DNA of 64,000 bases, from positions 2,880,001-2,944,000 of the forward strand of contig CM000154.2 in the NCBI GenBank assembly GCA_000004695.1. Direction: 5' to 3'. The translations under genes and the position numbers were made by a program. Below the pieces are notes generated by a model. It was not told the DNA's origin. It worked only from the letters and a program-made list of their open reading frames with translations, and did no database searches. Origin of the DNA: Dictyostelium discoideum (taxonomy: Eukaryota). Shown piece by piece: positions 46,893 through 62,573 of the stretch. The stretch's first letter is position 1, and each line of letters begins with the position of its first letter.

Positions 46893-47791
46893 CTAAACAA
46901 TTAAAAGATTTAATTTATTTAAACATGTATTTAATTTATCATAAATTTGAGAACTATTATTTTCTACTATCTTTAAACAATAAAGTAAAATTGATTTTGA
47001 TTTTAATAATAATTTTGAATCTTTTGAATCTTTTAAATCATTTAAATTTGAAATTAAATCTAAATATTTTAAATAGAAAAAAAGTTAGTTTAATTTATTT
47101 TTTTTCTACATAAATTAAAAAAAAAAAAAAAAAAAAAAAAGTTATAATTTTAATTTAATTTACATACTTATGGAAATAATAAAAAATAACTCTACTTTAT
47201 CAGAATGATTATAATTTAAAAGTATATTAATTGATTGTAAACAAATTTCAATACCAAAAATAATTTCTTCATTTTTTAAACCATCTTGAAAAAGTAATTT
47301 TTGGAAAATATTTGAAATTTGTTTAAAATAATAAATTGAATTATCCACAACATAATTGTTATTATTATCACTATTCCCAATACAAAATAGTTTAATTATT
47401 TTTAATAAAAATAATAATTTATTTTTAATGATTGATTCTTTATCATCACTTTCAATTATATTATTATTTATTAATGATGGTAGGATTTGGTTTATTAAAA
47501 TTGAATAATAATTACTTGGTGAAAATGGTAATAGGTTTGAACAAGAAATTAAAAATAATTTTTTAAATTTCTTTTTATTTGAAAATAATTCAATTTTATT
47601 ATGATCATCGTTATCTGTTAAATTTATTAAATTTATAATATCCAAACAAAATTTACTTGAAATACAAGATAATTCAATTAAATTTGATATTTCATGAGTT
47701 TCTTTAAAATTATAATTTAGGTTTGATTTTTCAAGTGATAACCAATTTGATTCTAAAGATAATAACTCTTGTAATTTATTTCCATTAAATA

Positions 47792-47849
<58 letters not shown>

Positions 47850-49653
47850 GTTATTAACATAATTTAAAATTCTAAATTGTAATTTCCAATTTAAATTTTT
47901 AAATATTTCTTGATTGTAATTAAAATGATTAAAAGTGAATAATAATTCTAAAACTTCATAAAACGATTGAATAAAATCTGGTGTAATGACTTCAAAATTA
48001 ATTAATGTAAATTGATAATTTATGTATTCCAATAAAGGCCAAACTATCTTTTCTTTAAGTTGATCTGAAATTTTAAATTTCTTTGTCGTTGTTAATTTTA
48101 AAACTTGAAAAATAATATCAATTTGATAAATATCAATTATTTGTGGTTGTTGTTTTAGGTATTCTAAAAATGAATATATAAAATCTAATAATATTGAATT
48201 TAAGAAAAGTGTTTCAATAATATCACCATTACCATCACCATTTTTTTGAATATGATTTTCTAAAATTAAATCAAAAAATTTAATAAAATTATAAACTTGT
48301 GATTCATTCATTAACCCATATTGAGTTTGTAAAAATCTTGAAAATGATTTCATTACTAACCAACCATTATTATCAGCATCGCAATAAAATAATAATACAT
48401 TTGATAACTTTTGATAAATTAAATCAATAAAGAAATCTGCTTGACCTTTATTCTTTATAATTGATTTCAAGAATGTATCCATTAATAAATTTGGGTCTAG
48501 AAATCCAATTAATTTCAAATCTTGAATAATTGATAGTTCATTCTCTTGATTAATACTATGGTGTTCAAAGAATGAATTGAATTTATCATCTTGATTAATA
48601 TAATAATCATCTTGTATTATTTCATCATTTTTATTATTATTATTATTATTATTATTTACATATTCGTCTTGATTTGAATTTTTTGATTGATGTTGATGTT
48701 GAACTACTGATGTTAACTTATTTAATGATCTAACTAAAATATTTGAAATTGGTGAATTTTTATTTTGAATAATTAAAATTCTTTTTATAATATTTGAATG
48801 TTTTGAAATAATTCTTAAATCATTTAAAAAGGTATCACTATCTGATATTTTACTAAATATTGATAAAAACCATTTAATTAAATAATTTATAATTTCATTA
48901 TCATTGTCAATTATTGATAAACTTGATAAAAAGTATAAAACAAGTGATAAATTTTCAATTTCACTAATTTCAAATTTAAATCCATTTAAAATTGGTATTA
49001 AAAAATCATTATACCAAATTGATAATTTATTTTTAAATTCTTTTTCATTATAATTATTATTATTATTTGGATTATTATAACTCTCTTTAAATTGATGATA
49101 CGGTATCCATATTATAATATTAACTAATTGTTTAAGTTGATTTATATATTTTTGATTTTCATTTATTTGTGATGATGATGATGTTATTAATAATAATCTA
49201 TCGATAATGATTTTAATCCTCTTCAAATTACCACCATTATATTCATTATAATTAAATAATTCAGCAATTTTAAAAAGATTATTGATATTGTTTTCAATTT
49301 CTTTAATTTTATTTCCTTTTTTTATTAAATAATTATTGTTATTATTATTATAATTATTATTATTATTATTATTATTAATATTGTTATAAATTTTATTATC
49401 ATTCATTTCATCTAAATGATTATTCTTTGATATTGAATATAAATGAAAATTTAAAATACCGATTGTACCATTTTGAAATTTCCTTTTATTTAAAAGATTA
49501 TGAAGTGTTGAAACCCTTGAAATTGTAATAAAAGATGTTAAAGTTTGTTTATCCCATTTAACTATAACAATATTATAAAACGATTCTAAAAATTCAATGA
49601 TTTCATCAATTGTTAAAAATGAATAATTTGTAGAATTAATTGTTTGTAGTATT

Positions 49654-49690
<37 letters not shown>

Positions 49691-49882
49691 TTGTTTTTGT
49701 TACTGTTTCGGATGGTTGTGATTCTGGTATATCTTTTAAAATATCATTTAAAAAATCTAGTAAACAAATTGTAAATCTATATTGAAATGTTGGTTCATTT
49801 ATTAATTTAATTGATTGTTCTTTAATTAACATTTCAAAAACCAATGATTTACTTTTACGATAAATACTATCTTTATTATTAC

Positions 49883-49949
<67 letters not shown>

Positions 49950-50675
49950 TTTAAAAAATACTAATTTAAATAAACTTTGAAGTAATATTAAATTTAATTC
50001 ATCACTATTATTATTTAAATTAATTGTATTAATTAATTTAGAGATATTTTCAATTAATATTGATTTAATGAAATTATTTATAAAAATACTATTGTTATGG
50101 TTATTATTATTTATAATTGGTGAATGAAATAAATCTAATTTTTCAATGAAATAAAGGTAACAATTTAAAGGTAATTTAAAATAATAATCACTATTTAACC
50201 TATTCTCAACAGTCCAATCATTTGGGAATAAAATATTTAAATTTTTATTTTTATTTTTATTTTCAAATAATTGATATTGATTACTTCTATCAAATAAAAT
50301 CGTCCTTTTAAATAAAACCTTATTTATTATTGAATTACAAAAATTATTATTACTATTATTATTATTATTATTTATAACAATTTTAAAATAATCAATTATT
50401 TTATTTATACTATTATTTTCATTATATAAAAAATTTATTTCATTATTATTATTATTATTATATTTTTTAATTAAATTTGATAATGATAATAAAATTGGTT
50501 TTATTTCATTTTTAATTTGATAGTGATATTGTTTTTCATTATTATTTATAAATTTATTTAATAATTCATCTGAATATTGATTCCTTTCGTGTCTATATTT
50601 ATTTGCTGTATCAATTTGATATTGTCTTTGTACTGATGATTTAATAGTTATATTTGATGAAATTCGAGAAAACAT
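46893..50675 (-). CDS. Large N-rich protein of unknown function, about 1224 aa. Exons (minus strand): 47168..50675, 46893..47059.
   Basis: Long ORF. Its apparent stop (AGTATGTAA) is actually a GTATGT donor, which splices in phase to a 55-codon terminal exon ending TAG at 46893. Confidence 0.55.
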
Positions 50676-50822
50676 ATTTTTTTTGTTGAATTTTACAAAA
50701 TAAAAAAAAAAAAAAAAAAAAAAAAAATCTTTTTATTCTAAAATTATTGTGAATTTTTTTTTTTTTTTTTTTTATTTTTATTTTTAGTGTTATTCAAGTT
50801 AACTTCACACACGCCCTTTACC

Positions 50823-50857
<35 letters not shown>

Positions 50858-50858
50858 A

Positions 50859-51005
50859 ATGAATGAAAATAAACAAAAAACTACAAATACAATAGAAACA
50901 AAAGAAATAAATCCAATAGTACCTCCTCCTCCACCACCAATTACAGCAGAAACAACAGCACCAGCAAAAATACAACCACCTCCAACATCAACTACAAAAG
51001 CAAAT

Positions 51006-51039
<34 letters not shown>

Positions 51040-52103
51040 AAGAAGCAGCATCATCATTATCAATTTTAGCACCATTAAATTTAAATGAAATAGATGAAAA
51101 TAAAATAAAATTTAATAAAGATGGTGATAAAACATATTTTTCAGAGAAAGATAATACTCATTATATTTATAATACACATAGTAAACAATGGTTAGCAGAG
51201 ATAACTAAAGATATGATGAATTCACAACAATCGGTATACCAGAAAAAGGTAGAGAAAAGAGATTTAACACAAGAACAAATTGATAATATCTCTGATTTAC
51301 ATATTTCTGGTATACCTATGGATGGTTCAATAAGAGAGTTACAAATATCAAATTATCTAAAGAAATGTGGTTACATTAAAAAGAATGAATATGGTAGACC
51401 AATCATTAGTCTTTTAGTTGATAATGAAAATCAATTCACTGGTTGTGCTTTAGTTTCATTTGAACGTAAAGAATCTGTTCCAATTGCAATTTTACAATAT
51501 GATGAAACTGAAATCTCTCCAAATAATATAATTAGAATAAGAAAAGTAAGTAAAATTAAACTAACATTATTAAATAATATATATATTAATATATTAATAT
51601 ATATATATTTATATTTATATTTATAGGCAACACTTGAAGAATCAAAACTACATTTAGTAAATGAAAAAAGTAATAAAAAACAAAAGAAATCACATAAAGA
51701 TAGAAGGAGTGAATATGAGAATGAAGCAAAATATGGTTGGGCAGATTCAGAGAGTAAAACAGTGATTATAAAGAATTTATTCTCACCAGAGGAAGCAATG
51801 GTGGATCCAAACTTTTTTAATGATCTTCAAGCAGATTTAGAGGATGAAACCCATGGTTGTGGAAAATGTGGTCCAATCTCTTCGATTCACATCTTTGAGT
51901 ATAATCCAGATGGTGTTGTATCTGTAAAATTTTCTGAATTTGAATCTGCTAAGAAATGTGTAGCCTTAATGAATGATCGATTCTTTGGTGGAAGGAAATT
52001 ATCTGCTGATTTCTATGATGGTTATTCAAATTATTATGTTGAAGAAACTGATGAAAATAAAGAAAAACGTCTCAAGAAATGGGAATCTTATATAAATAAA
52101 TAA
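50859..52103 (+). CDS. HIV Tat-specific factor 1 / CUS2 homolog (two RRM/UHM domains), about 387 aa. Exons: 50859..51545, 51627..52103.
   Basis: C-terminal UHM matches Tat-SF1 (VIIKNLFSPEE..DLQADLEDE..G.I..IHIFEYNPDGVVSVKF..A..C...N.RFFGGRKL.A...DG...Y.VEETDENKEKRLKKWE). Donor GTAAGT at 51546, acceptor ttatag at 51626. Confidence 0.8.
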
Positions 52104-52118
52104 TCTACCCAGCACACA

Positions 52119-52174
<56 letters not shown>

Positions 52175-52426
52175 ATTTTAAACTTTTGGGGGAGGGGTGA
52201 GTGAGTATATAACCACACTGGAATAATTATCTATTACCAAATTAAATTGTATATAAAAAAAAAAAATAAAAAAAATAAAAAAAAAAACGGTTGGGTGTTT
52301 TCATCTTGGGTTTAATTATATCGCCCCACTTAACTTTTTAAGTGGTTTTGTTTTTTTTTTTTTTTAAAAAACAATGTTTTTTTTTTTTTTTTTTTTTTTT
52401 TTCTTAATTTCTTTTAAAATATAAAA

Positions 52427-52696
52427 ATGGTTTCGCATGATATAATTGATATGATTACACTAACAGGAAAGGGACACTATAGACAAAGAATTGAAGTTTT
52501 TTTAATAGCCGACCCTACCTTCACAAAGGAAGAAAAACAAAAAATTATGAAAATAATTGATGCATTCAGTTCAGCCCTCCCAGATGAAAAAATTGAAAAA
52601 GCAATAATAAATGAATGTGAAAAATATTTAAATTCTACATTAGTATTTAAAAGAATTTTAGGTTCCATCCGACCATCATTTATAGGTAAACTTTAA
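52427..52696 (+). CDS. Hypothetical small protein (89 aa)
   Basis: Non-repetitive ORF with balanced composition, sitting in an otherwise A/T-only region. No recognisable family. Confidence 0.3.
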   Translation: MVSHDIIDMITLTGKGHYRQRIEVFLIADPTFTKEEKQKIMKIIDAFSSALPDEKIEKAIINECEKYLNSTLVFKRILGSIRPSFIGKL

Positions 52697-52698
52697 TT

Positions 52699-52741
<43 letters not shown>

Positions 52742-52885
52742 AATATTTATTTTTATTATTGTCATTAATATAACAAAAAAAGAAAAAGTCTGTGGAAAAT
52801 TAAAATATGGCTGTGTCATTATATCATTATTAATTTGGACAATAATTACTATTTTTCTCCATATTGATTTATTAAAGGCACTACT

Positions 52886-52889
52886 AAAA

Positions 52890-52980
<91 letters not shown>

Positions 52981-52982
52981 AT
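52886..52982. repeat. (AAAT)n microsatellite, about 24 units
   Basis: Perfect aaat tandem repeat. Confidence 0.95.
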
Positions 52983-53096
52983 TTTATTTTTTTATTTTTT
53001 TATTTTACAAATCAATTTTATTTTTATTTTTAACTTTGATTAAACCATTTTATTATTATTATTACTATTATTTTTATTTTTATTTTTATTTTTTTT

Positions 53097-55349
53097 TTAA
53101 CTTTGATTAAACCATTTACCTTCACCTAATAAAATGACACGAGAAGTTGAATAAGACATACCTAAAAAGAAAGTATAAAGTAACATAAAATAAAAATATT
53201 TTGGAGGATTTTTCCAATGGAGTGCTTCAATTTTATAAATTCTAGTTTCAATGTACATGGAAATGATATCGGTTACCCATTCAAAAGAGAATTGAATTGC
53301 CATACTTGAAAATAAAGTTGTATAATCTAATTGACTCTTATCGAAAACATTATAAAATGCTATATAAACAAAACATGATGTTAAAATAGAGGTATTTTCA
53401 TACAATTGTTCGTGACGTAGAAAATCTCTATAAATTTTATCAAAATTTTGAGAATGTGTTAATCTCTTTTTAAAACAAAATCCACAAATTGCATTCATAA
53501 TCTTTTTATCTCTTGGTCTTAATGTAGTTCTCCATAATAATTCTGTTAAACTAACAATTGCCATTGTACCAGACATAAATAATAATGACACTAGTTTAAA
53601 ATAAAATAAAATAAATTAGTATAAAAAGAAATTTAAATATTATTTAAAAAAATAAAAAATAAAAAAAGAAAATACATTACTATTACTATTAAAAAATCTA
53701 CCATAATAAGTTGAAAACCACATAAAGATTAAAACTGGGAAAACATTTGTACCTGGAGTTTTTGGTTTAATACGAGAAGAACAAGCACGAGCAACAAATA
53801 AACCCATAGCACATAAACCAGGATGAATTAAAATACGTACAACCGATTTATTAATTGATGAGGTTTTAACATACCATGGAAGGATAGCAAAATCATAAAG
53901 TACAAGTACGATGGCAGCAAGAGCAAATTGACCCATAAAAAGATGTCTAAAAGTTGGATTATTGATTTTTCTACCCATATAATGTGAAGAGAGTACTAAG
54001 GCAACACAGAAAAAGAAATAACTTGGTAAAAGCGCTAATGTTTGATCAAGTAATTCATGTACAGTGTTATAGATTGCCCATGCCGATGCACCCGAAGATG
54101 AAATTAAACCAATTATCAATGGGACTATTGTATCACGGAATCCAAAGAAAGTTAATAATAAAAAGTATGGAAACATACATAATGAAAAATTTAAAATGGT
54201 ACGACTAATTGAGTGGGTAACGATTGCCCAATATGGCCAAGTAGTTGATGAACTATCAATATAACGACAACCAAGAAATATTTCAAAACAACCATAACCA
54301 ATAGCCATAATTGAAATTACAAGTGTTAGACCTAGAATTTTAAGGAAATAAGTACCAAATACTCTTATGAATTCTTTATGACTAAATGGTGGTACTGGTT
54401 CTTTTTTCTCTTCAAGTGCTTCAATTGGTTGTTCAATATCTTCTTTATTTTGTTGATCATCATCTCTGTCTGCATCGTCATATTCATCATATTGATCTTC
54501 ATCACCATATTCATCTTGGTCATCACCGTCACCACCATAACCCTTCATTTCAATACCATCTTTTGAAGAATTCATTGGATCATTTGGTGTAAATAATGGT
54601 GGTGTAATTAAAACAGTTCCTGCTGCATATGATGTATTTAATAAATTACTTGGTGTATTAAAGTTTGGAATTGGTGATGGTCCAATTTTCTCTTTTTCTA
54701 AATTAATTTCTTCTTGTATTGGTGTTTGTAATTCAACAATTGTTGGAACTTGTAATGTTATTGATTTTGGTTGTTCATTTTCATTATTATTATTATTATC
54801 AATTGGAATTGTTGGTACCTCTAAAGTTTCAGTTTTTGTAGTAGCGCTTGTTGTAGTTGGTGTAGTGGTTGTGGTGGTAGTATTATTAATTGGTTGTAAA
54901 GTTGTTGATACCGGTCTTCTTGGTAAATTTGTTGAATTTCTTCTTGATGGATCTCTATTGATATTATTTGGACGTAATTGAGAACCTGATCTTTGTTGCC
55001 TAGTTTGTGCAGATAAAAGATTTGGATCAACACCTACACCAGGTGGTAATCCATTTGGATCTAATGCTGTTGTATGTGATCTTTGTTGTCTTGTTTGAAT
55101 TGGTGATCTATTAGGTCTAACAACTCTATTAGGATTATTATTATGATTATTATTATTAGTTGGTAAATTTGGAGGTCTTGAAACTTCTGTATGTGATCTT
55201 GAACGTGGTTGAGATTGTGGTTCTGATTCAGAAACTTGAATTGAAAGTGCGCTTGTATTCTCTCCCTCTTGTGAATCTTGTCCTTCTTGTGAATCTGATC
55301 TAAATCTTGAAGCCAATAAATCCAATAATGAAAATAATGTTGTTGCCAT
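53097..55349 (-). CDS. Polytopic membrane protein of unknown family with a disordered Q/N/P/T-rich, acidic N-terminal region, about 719 aa. Exons (minus strand): about 53687..55349 (alternative donor at 53681) and 53097..53590.
   Basis: Two ORFs joined by a ~90-96 bp intron (GTAATA or GTAATG donor, phase 1, acceptor ctag). The carried nt completes an ATG codon (so ...FFNSNM|SLLFMSG reads across the junction). Multiple TM helices in both exons. Confidence 0.55.
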
Positions 55350-56345
55350 TTTTTTTTTCTTTTCTTTTTTTTTAGACTATTATTATTACAGGTTTTTATT
55401 TATATATTCTTTTTTTTTTTAATTACAAGTTTTAAGAAAAAAAAAAGTGGAAAAAAAAGTGGAAAAAAAAAATGGAAAATCTTTTTTTATTAAAAAATTA
55501 ATTTTAATGTTTATTATTATTATTATTTATCAATTATTAAAATACAATTCAAAAAAGAAAAAAAAAAGTAATGATACAATATTTAATGGTACACATAAAT
55601 TTATATAAAAAAAAAAATTTTAAATTTTTTTTTTAATTTTATTTATTTTATTTTATTTTACTTTCAATCACTTTGGAATGTTGAAAAAGTGATCAAATTT
55701 TTTTTTATTATTTTATTATTAATTTTTTTTTCAAAAAAAAAAATTAATTTTTATTATTATTATTACCAACGGTAATGTTATTTATATACACGTTAAAAGA
55801 AAAAATATAAATACAACAAAGAAGTTAATGTGTGATACAAAAATAAAAATTGTGGTTTCGAGGTATTTTTTTATTTTTTTTTTTTTTTATTTTTTTTGAT
55901 TGAGGTTTTTGAGATTGAGTGGGTGAAATGGTAATATTATATTTTCATGCAATGCAAAAATTTTGATGAGTTGATTTATTTTAATTTAATTTTTATTTTT
56001 GTTTTTATTTTTTTATTTATATTTTTTTTTTTTTTTTTTTTTTATGATTGATTATAATGTGGGATCATGTGAATTAATCTTTTTAAAATGTGATTAAAAA
56101 ATAACTCTTCGCAAATAAATAAATTATTATTTTTAGACAATGAATTGAAAGGTGATTGAATGGTTGAAAAATGATATATGGTGGTAAAACTATTTTTAAA
56201 ACAAAGTTATTTAAATAAAATAAATAAAGAAAAAAAAAATACAAAAATAAATAATTATTTTAATTAATAAAACATACCCAATATATTTTTACCTTCCCCC
56301 CCCCAAAAAAAATAAAAATTTTTTGGGGGGTTGGGAAGGGGGGGG

Positions 56346-56394
<49 letters not shown>

Positions 56395-56682
56395 TAAAAT
56401 AAAATTGTAAATAAAAAAGTGATTGGATGCAATGTACAAAAATAACTCTTTTTTTTTTTTTTCTAAACAATCAGAAAAAAAAAGTAAAAAAAAAAATGAA
56501 AATAATTTATTTTTATTTTTATTTTTATTTTTTTTTTTTTTTTTGTGAGAAAAAAAAAAAAAATGAACATTGATAAGTCAAATTCAAATAATTTTTTTGA
56601 TATTTTACGACTATTCAAATTAAAAAAAATAATCAGACCTTTTTTGCGAGTTATTATTATAAATAAGATCCGATAAACGATG

Positions 56683-56722
<40 letters not shown>

Positions 56723-57131
56723 AAACAAAGAAAGAAAGAAAAAAAAAAATAAAATAAAACATAAGAGAACAAGCGAATATAATCCCCTAAAAAGAAAAAA
56801 AAAAAAAAATGAAAATAAAAAAGATAAAAATAAAAAAAGATAAAAATAAAATTTTTTAAAAATGTATTATTTTGAATACAATAAAATTTAACCTACATTT
56901 TATTACAAGTTATTTTAAATTTTTGTTTTCTTTTTCTTTTTTTTTTATTTCCTATTTATTATTTTTATTATTTTTTTTTTTTTTACAAATGTACAATGAT
57001 TATTATTTATTTACAAAGATTTTAATGCGCTTGAGGAGAAGAGAAAAAAAAAAAAAAAAAAAAAAATAGTTATACGCGATATATTTAAAAATACATATAT
57101 TATTATAGTTATTTATTGTTGGTATGCAAAT

Positions 57132-57162
<31 letters not shown>

Positions 57163-57473
57163 TTTTCACTATGGAAAATAAAATAAAAAAAAAAAAAATA
57201 AAATAAAAAAAAAATTTTAAAAAATAATTATAACAATAGGGGCTCTATTGACCAAAAAAGCTTTTTGTGCAATATCTTTCACAAGATATTTATCTCAAAC
57301 CAAATTTTTTATTGATTACTCAGCTTATTTTGAGTAAAAGTTTTTAAAAATATCTAATTTTTTTTTTTTTTTCAATTATTTTAAAAAAAAAATATTCTTT
57401 TTTTCCATTTTTTTTTTTTTTAATTTCATTTTTTTTTTTTTTGAACATATCTAAAATTATAAATTCCAAAATA

Positions 57474-57504
<31 letters not shown>

Positions 57505-57738
57505 CTTTATTTATTTTAAATCAAAAAAAAATAAAAAAAGAAAAAAAAAGAATTAACGGATAATTTTTTAAAAGGTGTGAAGTTAATTTTTTTTTTTTTT
57601 TTTTTTGATTTAAAATTTTGTATACGAAGGATATTTATGGAATATTATTCAAAATAAAAAATTAAAATAAAAAATTTATAAAATTTTGACCAACAACATA
57701 AAATCGCATCATGATGCAGCTCCTCTTTTTCTTTTTTT

Positions 57739-57793
<55 letters not shown>

Positions 57794-57850
57794 ATCCCAA
57801 CAAACCTTATATATATTTTTTTTTTATTTTTTTTTTGATTGTTGGTTATG

Positions 57851-57895
<45 letters not shown>

Positions 57896-58325
57896 ATATT
57901 CTTTATTGATTTTATGATTTAAAAAAAAATACAGCAAGGAAGAAAATTAAAATAAAAAAATTTTATTTATCATTTTTAAAATCAATCTCCACACCCAAGA
58001 AAATATCACAAGTGAATACTATTAAAATGGAAATAAATTAAAATATTTTGACTTGTTCCTGTAAATATGAAAATAAATTTAATGGTAAATGTAATTTTAA
58101 TTATAATTATTTTCTATAAAATGGAAAGAAAAAAAAAAAAAAAATAAAATTTTTTTTAAAAATTTCTTATTATTTTATAGTTGGATAAAGATCAACAACT
58201 ATTAAATAATATTTGAAATTATTTTATTATATCTTTGGTTATTATACATATATAAATTATTATGAGAAACACTTTCATCAACGATTTTTTTTTTTTTTTT
58301 TTTTTTTTACTTTTTTCTAAATTAT

Positions 58326-59459
<1,134 letters not shown>

Positions 59460-60048
59460 TTATTTTTTTTTTTATTTGTTTATTTATTTAATATTAAAAT
59501 ATAATTAAAATCTTTTGAGTTGTTTAATAATGAAATAAAAAAAAAAAAAAAAAATTCTATTTATACACCAACCCAAAAAAAAAAAATTTTTTAAAAAAAT
59601 AAAAATCCATTTTTAATGGGTTTTAAAAAAAATAAATCTATTTTTTATGGCTTTCATAATTAACCCCCAAATTTCCAATAAAAATTTTCGAATTAACCTA
59701 GAACTTCCTATTTTTTATTAATTTTAATAGTTTTTTAATTTTTATTAAATAATAATTTTAAATTTCATATAAATTTATTATAATTATTTTTTTTATTATT
59801 TACATTATATGTATTACTATATTAAATTAATTTATTTAATTTAATTTATTTTGGAATGAAATAAAACAAAAAAAAAAAAAAAAAAAATAAAAAAATAAAA
59901 AACCCAAACACGATTACAATAATTATTTTAATTAATTTTTTTTATTTTTTTAAATTACTTACCAAAAAAAAAAAAATTTATTATGATAAGTAATTTTAAT
60001 ATTTCTTTAAAATAAAATTTGAACCTCTTATTATTTTTTATTTTCTAA

Positions 60049-60102
<54 letters not shown>

Positions 60103-60781
60103 CTTTATTCCAAAGACTGCTTTTATTTTTTTTTACTTCTTGAGCTATGGATTATTGTAAAAAATACCTATTATCTTTAAAATAAAATAAAAATAATAAT
60201 AGTATAAAAAAAAATAATTATAATAAAATAAAAATTATGATAGTATTATTAATAAAAATAATAATAATAATATTTATATGAAGAAACATTACCAAATCAA
60301 TGTTTCTTCATATCAATAAAAATAATAATAATAAAAATTAAAAATAAAACAAAAATAATAATGATAAAAATTAACAACACACAAATAGTTATAACGTTTC
60401 TATGACCAAAATGGAAATTTTGTTTGTGATTTCTTAATTTTCAAGGTTATTAATTTAAAAATAGAAAAAAAAAAAAAAAAAATAAAATAAAATAAAAATA
60501 AAAAAAAAAAAAATTATTCACACTTCAATTAAATACAAAACATCATTTGCACAATTCTTATGTTTTTTTAACTTTGTCTTTAATACGGCGACAAAATATA
60601 CACTAGTTACTGGAGTCTCTATGTCAGGCACAAAAAAACACAAAAAAAAAAAAAAAAAAAAAATAATATTAATTTTTTTAAAAATAAATAAATAAAAAAT
60701 AGAAAGAAAAAAAAAATAGTACTGTAAATAGAATTCAATGTACACACCACCTCCAACTTTTATATTTGGTGTGATGAAACA

Positions 60782-60830
<49 letters not shown>

Positions 60831-60840
60831 GGGAGTGGGT

Positions 60841-60895
60841 TTGTGTGTGAGTGTGAGTGTGAGTGGGGTTGGTGTTTGTGTTTTTCATTATACAT
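60841..60895 (+). promoter_or_regulatory. GT-rich G-box-like tract (gtgtgtgagtgtgagtgtgagtggggttggtgtttgtg). Candidate GBF-type site.
   Basis: Exceptional (GTG)n-like sequence in an A/T-only intergenic region. Dictyostelium G-box binding factor recognises G/T-rich (C/A-rich) elements. Confidence 0.3.
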
Positions 60896-60978
60896 TATAA
60901 AATAATAATAATAATAATAAAAAAATAAAAATTTAAAAAAAAAAAATTAAAAAATTAAAAAAATTAATTTTTTTATTT

Positions 60979-61078
60979 NNNNNNNNNNNNNNNNNNNNNN
61001 NNNNNNNNNNNNNNNNNNNNNNNNNNNNNNNNNNNNNNNNNNNNNNNNNNNNNNNNNNNNNNNNNNNNNNNNNNNNNN
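60979..61078. other. Assembly gap (100 N)
   Basis: Run of n characters. Confidence 1.
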
Positions 61079-61700
61079 TTTTTTTTTTTTTTTTTTTTTA
61101 ATATTGTGTGTGTTTTTTTTTTCTTTCATTTTCAATCAGTCAGCAGTCCCATTCACTCAATAAAAACTAATAATACATATATAAAATAAAAAGAAAAAAA
61201 TAACTATAATCAACTTTTATTTAATTAACCTAATTTATTAAATTAACAAATCATAACATAGCAACAATCAAATAATTTTTCAAAAAAAATATTTTAAAAA
61301 TAAAATCTCATACACAGGTAATAATTTTCTTTTTAATTTATTTATTTTTAATTTGTTTATTATTATTAGTCATCATTTATTTCATACGCATATACAATCA
61401 ATTTGCAATAGAGATTAAAATAAAAAAAAAAAAAAAAAAAAAAAAAAATAATTATACTAGAAAAAAAAAAAAAAATTAATATATTAACATATTTCTTCCT
61501 TATTTTATATAGAATAATAATATTATCAAAAATAATTAATAAAGTTATATAGTTTTAATATTTTATTTTTTTTATTAAAAAAACATTAGTGTAATATAAA
61601 AAGTTTAATAATAGTAATAATAATAGTTATAATAATAATAATAAAAAATAATTATAATAATAATAATAAAAATATTTTTTTATATAAACTATTATAATTT

Positions 61701-61734
<34 letters not shown>

Positions 61735-61849
61735 AAAAAAAAAAAATTATTTATTTTAATTATTAAATTTTTTCAATTTTAATATATATTATATAAATTA
61801 ATATTATTAAACATAAAAAAAAAAAACACATTAAAAAAAAAAAAAAATT

Positions 61850-62531
61850 ATGTCAATAAAATTACCACTATCAAATATTAATAGTGGTGGTAATAGTAAT
61901 AATAGTAGTAGTAGTAATAGTACTAGTAATAATAATATAAATATTAATATAGGTAATGGTATACCTACAAATATTGAGAAAATGACATTTGAAGATTCAG
62001 AAACTCAAAAATTAAATATCAAGCAACAATCAAATAATAATACATCAACTTCAGTATGTGTATCATCGATTCATTCCTCGTCACCAATTTCATCACCAAC
62101 ATCACATCAAGTTAATAAATCATCAGGATCATTACCACCAGTAATAAAAAGATCACCAACAACAACTCATCATCATAATAGTAGTGGTAGTAATAGCAGT
62201 AGTAGTAGCAGTGGTAGTAATAATAATAATAATCAAATTAAAACAAGTAATGGAATGAATAAACCAAATCCAACAGGATTTTTATTTGGGAGTAAACCAA
62301 GAGAAAATTCACAAAATAAAATCGATGATAATAAAGGTGTAAATCTAGCAGTTAGTACAAGTAATTCTTCAAATAATTTTCATAAATCGCATTCTGAAAG
62401 TAATATTATAAATATAAATGCACCACCTGTAGAAACTGTAAATATGGAAGAAATTTATAATAATATACCTTCTTCAATTTCAATGGAAAATATTAGAGAG
62501 AATGAAAATAATAATAATAGTAGTAATAACA

Positions 62532-62573
<42 letters not shown>

